This document shows, piece by piece, positions 18,572-26,646 of a DNA stretch of 61,634 nucleotides. This stretch comes from an uncultured Alphaproteobacteria bacterium. GTDB taxonomy: Bacteria; Pseudomonadota; Alphaproteobacteria; RF32; CAG-239. Where the stretch lies: positions 1-61,634 of the forward strand of contig CAJTWX010000001.1 in assembly GCA_910580155.1 (NCBI GenBank). Reading direction: 5' to 3'. The notes beneath the pieces are model-generated. The model made no database searches. It worked only from the letters and a program-made list of their open reading frames with translations, and had not been told where the DNA came from. Positions within the stretch are counted from its first letter, which is position 1; each line of letters opens with the position of its first letter. The translations under genes and the position numbers were made by a program.

Positions 18572-19522
18572 ATGAAAAAGTTTGTCTTATTTCTCACCTG
18601 TTCGGCATTTGCCGTATCTTCCGCCCAAGCAATGAATGCAGCGGAGCACTTAAACGCCGTTAAAGATATTTTTGCTCAGGAGTTCCAAAAAATTGACCTT
18701 GACGGTAACGGAGCAATCAGCGCTGACGAATATATGCTTTATCAGTTGAATGTGTTGCAACAGTCGCTGAATGCGGAAACGCAAAAGACAGAAGCTGAAG
18801 CAGCAGCTCTCGGTCAGGCAGCAGTAACAGAGCAGGAGGCTCCGAAAACAGAAGAACCCAAAGCCGAAACGCCTCGCAATCTGGATACAATGGGCAGCGC
18901 TACGGCAACATTGGAAGAAATGGCAAATTTCAGCCTTGATACATCTGCAGAAACTGCCGCAGAGCCGGATATGGAAGATGACGAGTGGTATTTAAAGCCA
19001 GAAAAGCTGACAATGGAAGACGTTATGCCCGAAGATGAAAATGCGGCTGAGGACGTTCCTGAGATTGACCTGTCTATTAGCGAAGACGAGAGTTTAAGAA
19101 ATATTCTTGCCGATATGGCAAAAGCCGAGGCAAAGTCCGAAGAAACGCCGGCAGTTGAAGAAAAAAACGCCGTCGCATCGGAAAAAGAAACAAAACAAAT
19201 ACAGTTTATGCTGGACACAATAAAGAAAACCCTGCCCAAAAAGATTGACAACATCACCACTTGGACGGATATTTCTTTTAAGGATAACGAGATAGATTAT
19301 ATCTATAAAGCCGATGTGGATATGAATAAGTTTTCAACCGCAGAAAAGGCCGCGTTAAAAGAAAATATCGAAAAGGTAGCCTGTGCGCAGGCTTATGCGG
19401 AAATGTGCCCGACAATGAAACCGATGTTTATCAATAAAGGGGTCAATATGAAAATCCGTTATTATGATAAAGCTGATATCGAAATCAGCGATTGCACGTT
19501 TAATAACGAAACCTGCAAATAA
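18572..19522 (+). CDS. Secreted acidic protein with an EF-hand calcium-binding loop
   Basis: Signal peptide (AFAVSSAQA), EF-hand loop DLDGNGAISADEY, a long Glu/Ala-rich acidic middle, and a Cys-containing C-terminal domain. Confidence 0.7.
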   Translation: MKKFVLFLTCSAFAVSSAQAMNAAEHLNAVKDIFAQEFQKIDLDGNGAISADEYMLYQLNVLQQSLNAETQKTEAEAAALGQAAVTEQEAPKTEEPKAETPRNLDTMGSATATLEEMANFSLDTSAETAAEPDMEDDEWYLKPEKLTMEDVMPEDENAAEDVPEIDLSISEDESLRNILADMAKAEAKSEETPAVEEKNAVASEKETKQIQFMLDTIKKTLPKKIDNITTWTDISFKDNEIDYIYKADVDMNKFSTAEKAALKENIEKVACAQAYAEMCPTMKPMFINKGVNMKIRYYDKADIEISDCTFNNETCK

Positions 19523-19531
19523 AACTTCAAA

Positions 19532-19558
19532 AAAAGCTCCTTTACCGGAGCTTTTTTT
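19532..19558. terminator. Bidirectional rho-independent terminator
   Basis: Stem aaaagctcc (19532-19540) pairs with ggagctttt (19547-19555), flanked by A and T runs. It sits between convergent genes. Confidence 0.75.
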
Positions 19559-19602
19559 ATGAACAGATCAGTCCCGCTTAAAAGTCGGGCGCATCCCAAA
19601 AT

Positions 19603-20739
19603 TTAGTTGCCACCCAAATGAAGCTCCGGCAGCATATCAAGCACTTTGCCTAATCGTTCGTCGCTCTGCTGAGGAGCCGAAAACAGCTCACCTTGAAGGC
19701 TGTCACCGTATGAAAGTCCGAAAAGTGTAATCCCGACACTGCGCCAGAGAATGCTTGAAGAATACATCGTCCGTAACAGCGCAAGGGCAGGGGGCGCAAT
19801 TTCTAGTTCCTGATTGCTGGCAAACGGTAGTTTTTTCTTTTCCCGCAACACTCTGAAATCTTTGGTACGCAGCATAACGTCAATCATAGTAGCCCGCGCG
19901 CCTTCTTCGCGGGCTTTGCGGCAGGCAGAATGAATGTGCCCTAAAAGTGCCGTTTCCAAAACAGCCAGCTCACTGCTGAAAGTTTTAAGCGCTGCTGTCT
20001 GCTGAATGGATTGTGGCGGCTTGCCGACAGGGTCGACTTTATAGAGTAAAATACCCGAAAGTTCGGCTTTCAAATCCGTTCCGTGTGCGCCGAATTGCGT
20101 CTTGACCCAATGGTCGGGGCGAGAAATAAAATCCAACGCGGTAAAAACGCACCCGTCGCGCATCTTCACAAGCAAACGTTTCCCGACGCCCGACACGTCT
20201 TCAATTTTCGTTTGAGCGAGAATTTTTCGCCTCTCCGCCGAACCGATGGCAAATATGCCGCCGCAGTTTTTGGCCTTGTCACTCGCAAGTTTGGCAAGCG
20301 TTTTTGTGGTGGAAAGCCCGATAGAAACCGGAATGTGCAGTTTATCCCATACCGCATTGCGAATCATCGCCGCCGTCTTGAAGTAGTTTTGTTTATACAA
20401 AAGTTTCGTGCCGGTCAAATCCAGATACGCCTCGTCCACCGAACAGACTTCAACATCCGGTGTAAAAGATTTGAGCATCGCCATCACCTTTTCCGATGTA
20501 GCGCGGTAAAGGTCGTGGTTGGCGCGCACATAAAGAATATCCGGCAGCCGCGGCCGTGCCATAAAATACGGCTCGCCCATCTTAAGCCCCAGCGCTTTTG
20601 CCTCTTTGGAACGGGAAATAACGCAGCCGTCATTGTTGGAAAGCACCGCCACCGGAATTCCCTCCAGCCTGCGGTTAAATGCCCGCTCGGCAGAAACAAA
20701 AAAACAGTCGCAGTCAGCCAGTGCAATGTAGTGTTTCAT
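19603..20739 (-). CDS. umuC: Y-family translesion DNA polymerase, UmuC-like
   Basis: Start refined to 20739 (AAGGAG RBS). IALADCDCFFVSAE, VAVLSNNDGCVISRSKEAKALGLKMGEPYF and SVDEAYLDLTG closely follow the UmuC pattern. Confidence 0.8.
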   Translation of the reverse strand: MKHYIALADCDCFFVSAERAFNRRLEGIPVAVLSNNDGCVISRSKEAKALGLKMGEPYFMARPRLPDILYVRANHDLYRATSEKVMAMLKSFTPDVEVCSVDEAYLDLTGTKLLYKQNYFKTAAMIRNAVWDKLHIPVSIGLSTTKTLAKLASDKAKNCGGIFAIGSAERRKILAQTKIEDVSGVGKRLLVKMRDGCVFTALDFISRPDHWVKTQFGAHGTDLKAELSGILLYKVDPVGKPPQSIQQTAALKTFSSELAVLETALLGHIHSACRKAREEGARATMIDVMLRTKDFRVLREKKKLPFASNQELEIAPPALALLRTMYSSSILWRSVGITLFGLSYGDSLQGELFSAPQQSDERLGKVLDMLPELHLGGN

Positions 20740-20802
20740 CTTCAAAAAACTCCTTTTATAAGCCGAGCCTAACACTGCTTAAAATCGTTTGTCAATATAA
20801 AT

Positions 20803-20817
20803 GTTCTAAATGTGTTC
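20803..20817 (-). promoter_or_regulatory. SOS (LexA) box upstream of the umuC-like gene
   Basis: GTTC-taaatgt-GTTC on the plus strand is GAAC-N7-GAAC on the gene strand, the same architecture as the lexA box. It lies 64-78 nt upstream of the refined start. Confidence 0.65.
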
Positions 20818-20880
20818 TAATTATCTATATCAAAAAAACGCCCCGTAAGAAGGAGCGTTTTTTTTGATATCAGACCTAAA

Positions 20881-21783
20881 TCAGTCCGATAGGTTCTTAA
20901 CAAGGACATAGCCTCTTTTGTTGTCTTTGCAAAAAGTTCGCTGGTTGTCTTTCTTTTTGAAGGTAAACCATTCGGTATAAACCCGATAAGCGCTTGCGCC
21001 CTGAGCACCATTGATAAGCTTAAACAGCTTGAAGGTATCCTTATCCTTTACGAGAAGGAATACGCCTTTTTCTTCGCTGATAATACAAGCCGGAGGCAAT
21101 TGAAGCAGCGTATGTTCGGCTTCCGCATAGCTGGTATGGTCGTCATCCATAGTAACATAGTCGTATTTCTCGTACGAGATAACCGTTTCCTCCGCCACTT
21201 TTCTGCCGTGCAGCAGGTTAAGCTTCGGTCTGTGCTGCTTTTTACGGGTGAAAACAAAAGCATAGTCAGCAATTTTGTGCCCTAAAACAAAGAGCGAAGA
21301 ATCGTTGTTATATCCGTTGCCCAAGAGCTGCCAGCTGGAATAGGGGCAGCGAATGAGCAAAAACCCTGAAGACTCGGCAAGCGAATCATCAAATCCGCGA
21401 ATGACAATATTGGCACCGGATTTCCGCCATTTTCCGTCCTCTTGCTCAAACACGCGGACAATTCCGCTGCGGTTCGGGTTATCTACGGCAATTTTCCATT
21501 TGCTGTAAGTATCATAAATGAAAACATACAGCGTTTTGCCATCGTTTACCAGTTTGTAGCGGCCGCGCGGAATGCTGATAAACAACACCATACCGAGAAG
21601 CCAGCTCCAAATCAGCCATCGTGCTGAAACCAGATAATCAGGAATATCGCAAGTATATCCCAAAGCGAAAAACAACACCGCGGCAAACAGCAATGGCATA
21701 ACCGGATTACGCTTTAACGCGCATAACCAGCATTGCGGCTTGAAGACAGCTCCGAACCACAAAGACTTAATAAAATAATTCAT
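20881..21783 (-). CDS. Hypothetical membrane protein (300 aa)
   Basis: Two or three N-terminal hydrophobic helices followed by a soluble domain. No family recognised. A hairpin terminator lies at about 20836-20865. Confidence 0.65.
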   Translation of the reverse strand: MNYFIKSLWFGAVFKPQCWLCALKRNPVMPLLFAAVLFFALGYTCDIPDYLVSARWLIWSWLLGMVLFISIPRGRYKLVNDGKTLYVFIYDTYSKWKIAVDNPNRSGIVRVFEQEDGKWRKSGANIVIRGFDDSLAESSGFLLIRCPYSSWQLLGNGYNNDSSLFVLGHKIADYAFVFTRKKQHRPKLNLLHGRKVAEETVISYEKYDYVTMDDDHTSYAEAEHTLLQLPPACIISEEKGVFLLVKDKDTFKLFKLINGAQGASAYRVYTEWFTFKKKDNQRTFCKDNKRGYVLVKNLSD

Positions 21784-21921
21784 ATAACAGAAGTTTAGTG
21801 AAACAATAATTTAATGAGTGCGCCCACTATAACAATAAATGAGGAAAAAGCAAGCAATTTTATTGCAAAAAGCAAAATCCCCGCCATATTGGAAGAAAAT
21901 CATATTGATGGGAGAACCGAA

Positions 21922-22431
21922 ATGCAGCGTATTGCCGAATTTGAAAAAGTAAGCTTTAAGCAGTTTGCCGAAAGCTGGAAAAATAATTTTTTAGCCTCGG
22001 ATGAAGAAATACAATGACTATATGACAGTATCAAGCTGCCGTGCCGCGCCACCACGGGGTCTGCCGGCTATGATTTCTTTACGCCAATAGATTTGGCATT
22101 AACCCCCAAAGAGAATATTCTGCTTCCGACCGGCATACGCGTCAAAATAGAGGCCGGCTGGTTTTTGGGGATAATGCCCAAATCCGGTCTGGGCTTTAAA
22201 TTCCGCCTGCAGATGGATAACACGATAGGGGTTATAGACAGCGATTATTACTATTCGGATAATGAAGGGCATATTTTCGTAAAGCTCACTAATGACAGCA
22301 ATCAGGGTAAAGTCGTAAGCGTCAAAGCGGGTGCTTCGGTCTGTCAGGGCATTTTCCTGCCATTTGGTATCACGATGAGTGATTGCGTTACCGATATCAG
22401 AAACGGCGGGTTGGGTTCCACATCCAAATAA
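21922..22431 (+). pseudogene. dut: dUTP diphosphatase interrupted by an in-frame TGA at 22015-22017
   Basis: The ATG at 21922 has a GGGAG RBS. MQRIAEFEKVSFKQF...EEIQ-TGA-LYDSIKLPCRATTGSAGYDFF...GVIDSDYYYSDNEGHIF...QGIFLPFG runs in a single frame. Track ORFs 21814..22017 and 22093..22431 share that frame. The 3' piece alone lacks the SAGYDF motif. Confidence 0.7.
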
Positions 22432-22492
22432 GGAAATAATATAATCCTCGTCAACTCGTCGCAGCTAAAAGTTATGTAGATGACATAGGCAC

Positions 22493-22521
22493 AAAAAAAG
22501 CAGGGAAATCCCTGCTTTTTT
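22493..22521. terminator. Bidirectional rho-independent terminator
   Basis: Stem gcaggg (22500-22505) pairs with ccctgc (22510-22515), flanked by an A run and a T run. It sits between convergent genes. Confidence 0.7.
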
Positions 22522-22536
22522 AAAATTCAGAACCGG

Positions 22537-23358
22537 TCATTTCTTCGGGGTAAACGGCAGAATGACAGCTTGTCCGTTCTTTTTACCGCCTGCTTTTGCT
22601 TTAGAAGATTTCAAATACTCGTTGAAACGTTCGCGAAAACAGTCTTGCACATCTTTAACCGAGATTTTACGGAAATAAAAACCGGCTTTTTCTGTGTGAT
22701 ACAGTCGGTAAGTATCACCGCCGATAACCGCCGTCTCGCCGACTTCAATCGGATGGTCGGTTATGTCTTCAGGCTGATAAGCTTTCAGTTGTTGAACATC
22801 ATCAAAGCAAACCGGATGCCAATAGATGTGGTCGTCATCATTTTCGTGTGAGGTTGCCCAGCAAACGCCGATAAAGCGATGCTCCGAGTGCGAGTAAAGC
22901 TCCACCGGCAGCATATCACTAACCGGATTGCAAGATTGCAATTCAAAGATCTGTCGCGCATCAAGTTCATTGGCAAGCAAGCGGACTTTCTTAATAACGA
23001 TTTCTCCCGTACTGGTGAAAACCGAGCTGTAAAGAATGTCTTTCCACAGGGTAAACACTTCGTTTTGGTGTGGTGTTATCTCCAAAATCTGCAGATTGTT
23101 GAATTTTTGCACATCAATCGCAAATACCGGAAAGGTCGAGTAGAGTACCGGTTCTTCGCTTTTGATGTCAAAATACATCCACACGGGCAAGTCGGGGATT
23201 TCCAAACTGGCCAGTCGGAGATTGCCAAGAAGCACCATCCCGCCTTTGGGGTAATAATCTTCAAAGAACGCGAGCGCCTCCACCGAGTTGCTGACAACGA
23301 CCTCTTCATCCGCCGGTGCATACTGCTCCGGAAAGAGGATTTCACCAAGTTCTTTCAT
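22537..23358 (-). CDS. Hypothetical protein (273 aa)
   Basis: Clean ORF with a Lys-rich C-terminus. No family recognised. Confidence 0.65.
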   Translation of the reverse strand: MKELGEILFPEQYAPADEEVVVSNSVEALAFFEDYYPKGGMVLLGNLRLASLEIPDLPVWMYFDIKSEEPVLYSTFPVFAIDVQKFNNLQILEITPHQNEVFTLWKDILYSSVFTSTGEIVIKKVRLLANELDARQIFELQSCNPVSDMLPVELYSHSEHRFIGVCWATSHENDDDHIYWHPVCFDDVQQLKAYQPEDITDHPIEVGETAVIGGDTYRLYHTEKAGFYFRKISVKDVQDCFRERFNEYLKSSKAKAGGKKNGQAVILPFTPKK

Positions 23359-23438
23359 AAATATAAGGGTTAAAAGTAAAACATATTCTTAACTAAAACA
23401 TCCCCAGTATAATTTATTTTGACAAAAAGTCAAGTCAT

Positions 23439-24881
23439 TTATTTGCGGCTGATTTTATTAAGCAACACAAAGACTGTTACCACTTCCAAACGCCCAAGGA
23501 CCATCGCCGAAGAAAGCATATATTTGACAAAAGGTGTAAAGCCGGCAAAGTTCCCCGTCGGTCCGGATGCTGCCGTCAATCCTAGTCCGGTGTTGGTAAT
23601 ATTCGCGACCACAGCCCCGAGCGCGGTCACAAAGTCAACTCCCGTCAAGCATATAATCAGCGTATAAATAGCAATCGCAAACACAAAGCCAAACACCAAC
23701 ACAAACACCGAAGACACAATCTCAGCGCCAATAACTTTATCGCCGGTTTTCATCACCGCCACTTGGTTTGGCGAAAGCGCCTTAATGGCATATTGTTTGA
23801 AAAATGCTCCGATAACCTGCCAGCGGAAAATCTTGACCGAGCCGGTGGTCGAGCCGGTGCATCCGCCGTGCATAAAGAGAATGAGGAATACCACAACCGT
23901 CCAACTGCCCCAAGAGATAAAGTCTGACGAGGCGAACCCCGCGGTGGTGATAGCCGAGATAATGTTAAACGCTGCCCGCCTAAATGCGGTCATAAAAGGT
24001 ATCTCAGCATCATAAGCATAAAAGATGCTGATAAACAAAATATACCCCGTTACGAGCTTTAAAAACGCATTAACCTGCGGGTTGGATGTAATGGAGGCAA
24101 ACGTGCGCCTTTTTAAGATGAGCACAAAATAGGTAATCGGCAACGCGCTGAGCAATAAGAATACCGCGCATATAGCCTCAATTGTCGGACTGTCAAAAAA
24201 GGCAATCGAGTTGTTTTTTGGGCTCAATCCGCCGGTACCCATTGTCGAGAGCGCAAACGCCACCGCGTCAAACCAGTTCATTCCCGCATTTTTGAAGAGA
24301 ACGGCGCATAAAACCGAGAGGAAGATATAAACAAAAATAATGTCTTTGGCAATGTAGCGGATTTTCGGTAAAAATTTCTCTTCGGTATCGGAGTTTTCTT
24401 TGCTGAACAAATGCGTGCCGCCCGTTCCCAAAAACGGCGTTAAAGCGACTGCAAAAATGATAATTCCGATACCTCCAAGCCCGTTCAGCATCGCCCGCCA
24501 TAAAAGCACGGACTTCGGCTGCGCCTCAATGTTGCGCAAAATCGTCGAGCCGGTCGAGGTAATCCCTGAGGTCGCCTCAAAAACCGCGTCATATACAGTC
24601 TTGATGTCGCCGTTGCCATAAAGGGGTAAGGCGCAGACAAGAGGTGCCACAAACCAACACGTCACCGGAATAAGATAACCCTGCAAAATCGTGATTTTCT
24701 TAACGTCGCCGATGTTGGCTAAAAACAATGCACCACCCAAAAACATCGCCGTAAAACTGCTCTGCAGAAAGATATAGTCCACCCGCCCGCTGTAATAATA
24801 AAGCGCGCCTGCCGGCAAAAGCATCATAACTCCCAGCACAAACACGATAAATCCATCAATCATCAAAACCGGCCGCCACAT
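23439..24881 (-). CDS. trkH: Trk-type potassium uptake protein TrkH
   Basis: 480-aa polytopic protein with repeated pore-loop motifs (SGITSTGST, TMGTGGLS, TTAGFAS, GGCTGSTTGSVKIFR). Confidence 0.85.
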   Translation of the reverse strand: MWRPVLMIDGFIVFVLGVMMLLPAGALYYYSGRVDYIFLQSSFTAMFLGGALFLANIGDVKKITILQGYLIPVTCWFVAPLVCALPLYGNGDIKTVYDAVFEATSGITSTGSTILRNIEAQPKSVLLWRAMLNGLGGIGIIIFAVALTPFLGTGGTHLFSKENSDTEEKFLPKIRYIAKDIIFVYIFLSVLCAVLFKNAGMNWFDAVAFALSTMGTGGLSPKNNSIAFFDSPTIEAICAVFLLLSALPITYFVLILKRRTFASITSNPQVNAFLKLVTGYILFISIFYAYDAEIPFMTAFRRAAFNIISAITTAGFASSDFISWGSWTVVVFLILFMHGGCTGSTTGSVKIFRWQVIGAFFKQYAIKALSPNQVAVMKTGDKVIGAEIVSSVFVLVFGFVFAIAIYTLIICLTGVDFVTALGAVVANITNTGLGLTAASGPTGNFAGFTPFVKYMLSSAMVLGRLEVVTVFVLLNKISRK

Positions 24882-24932
24882 CTCTTATCACCTTTCCTAT
24901 CTATCGTTTACTTTCAAAAGTACCATCCATCC

Positions 24933-26498
24933 TTATAAAGCCACCGCTCCAACATACCACCACACGAATGCTCCTGCCGCTGCAAAGCCATAAAGTAACA
25001 CTACCAATCCTCTTTGCCACGCCGGTGTAAGCTTATCCGCCGCCATTGCCAAAACCATCGCCATCGGCAACGGCAAAAGTGCCACATAGCGGAAGTCTTG
25101 ATTGCACATATACGGATGCATCAGTCCGAATGCCACTTGCCCGCCGAGCAGTCCCAAAAGCAAAATCAGCGTTACGCAGACATAAACATCTTTTGCCCGC
25201 TTGCAAAGCAAAAAAACAACAGCTCCCGTAACCAGACATAAAATCCCTTTATAAATCCATACCAAAACCGTAATCAGCCCCAAAATCCCCGCGCCTCGGT
25301 AATTAAAGTCCCATTGCCCGAACAACGCCGTTTTCGTCATTGTTTCCCAGAGGTTAATCCCGAAATCATTATAAAACATCCGTTCGTAAACAATCGCCCT
25401 TAGCGGATTAAACCGCTCCCACAAGCTGTAAGACTTTAAAGACAAATGTTCTTGCGGTGGCACAAAACCTGTGCCTATATCCAAAACAAAATGCTGATAT
25501 AAAGGCCAGAGCATAATCCCCATAAGCAGGCACGCGCCGAATATCAGCAATTCATACAGTGTCGCCATATTCTGTTGTTTCCACAGTCTCACCCCGAGTG
25601 CCGCCGCCACCGCCGGCAATACCAATACGCCCGAAAGTTTGGTCAGCGCCGCCGCAGTGGCAAATAAAAAGATAAGCACCAGATTTTTCCGCCCGCCGTT
25701 TTGCCAATAGAGCAGGGCATAATATACCGCTCCGGCTTGTAGCGGCAGTAACAAACAGTCATTGTTAAAAAAGCCCGCAATCGCATTATACATCGGGAAA
25801 AAACACACCATCGCCAGCACCGCCCCGAAAACAAGCCCGCCAACGCCCAAAACCCGCAAAATCCGTGCTGTAATCAGATAATACCACAACATATAGCAGC
25901 AAAACAATACTTGCGCCGTTTCTGCCGCAGCCAAGGTATTGTCGGTAAACAGCTGTACGATACGGATACCTCCTGCCGCCAGAAAGAAATGTAAAATCGG
26001 ATGATATGCCGAATAACTCGGACGCGTCAACAGCGGATTTTCGTTCCAAAACAAAAAGTTATTATCTAAAATATATTCAATGTAATTATAACACGAGGCA
26101 AAATCATATTGCACATCCGTATAAGCTGTGTTTGTAATAAACGCAAGGTTAAAAAACGCCGCAACATAAATCAGCCCGTCAGTTAAAGGTTTTTCCGAAA
26201 GACCGTATGCGGTGGCAATAACTCCCGCAAACAACCACACGCTCCAAACTTTCGCCGGTAAAATGAACACTAATAACGCCGAAATCAGCGCCGTTAATCC
26301 GGCAATTGCCAGTTTTTTGCCGTACAACTGCGGCAGATTAAAGCCAAGCACAAGCGCCATCGCCAGCCACAGGTTAATCCGCGCTGCACTAAGTCCATAG
26401 CACACAGCTGCTGCCGTTGCTGCCATAAACGCCGCGCCCATTGCCGCAAATTTCAAAACTGGATACAAGGCTTCAACTCTCCGCATAAAAAAAATCAT
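24933..26498 (-). CDS. Polytopic membrane protein, possibly a GT-C/ArnT-like glycosyltransferase
   Basis: 521 aa and almost entirely hydrophobic helices. The functional assignment is only by general resemblance to GT-C membrane glycosyltransferases. Confidence 0.6.
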   Translation of the reverse strand: MIFFMRRVEALYPVLKFAAMGAAFMAATAAAVCYGLSAARINLWLAMALVLGFNLPQLYGKKLAIAGLTALISALLVFILPAKVWSVWLFAGVIATAYGLSEKPLTDGLIYVAAFFNLAFITNTAYTDVQYDFASCYNYIEYILDNNFLFWNENPLLTRPSYSAYHPILHFFLAAGGIRIVQLFTDNTLAAAETAQVLFCCYMLWYYLITARILRVLGVGGLVFGAVLAMVCFFPMYNAIAGFFNNDCLLLPLQAGAVYYALLYWQNGGRKNLVLIFLFATAAALTKLSGVLVLPAVAAALGVRLWKQQNMATLYELLIFGACLLMGIMLWPLYQHFVLDIGTGFVPPQEHLSLKSYSLWERFNPLRAIVYERMFYNDFGINLWETMTKTALFGQWDFNYRGAGILGLITVLVWIYKGILCLVTGAVVFLLCKRAKDVYVCVTLILLLGLLGGQVAFGLMHPYMCNQDFRYVALLPLPMAMVLAMAADKLTPAWQRGLVVLLYGFAAAGAFVWWYVGAVAL

Positions 26499-26646
26499 TT
26501 AAATTCAGCTAACAATTTTAAAACCTTAAAGTCAAGGCTAAAGAAAAGAATATACAACACCTTGTGCAACATTTTTTGCATAAAAGGATTGCCAGATTCC
26601 AAAACTTATGTTACAATAATCTAACACAAAAAATATCGGAGGCGCA

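Noticed and set aside
22015-22017. The in-frame TGA in the dUTPase gene as evidence of an alternative genetic code (TGA = Trp or Gly)
   Set aside because: Very long ORFs in the window (1841, 974, 944 and 878 aa) are uninterrupted under the standard code and encode Trp with TGG. TGA also plausibly terminates several well-delimited genes, for example 3180..4889 and the alpha-2-macroglobulin gene. A global reassignment would fragment far more genes.
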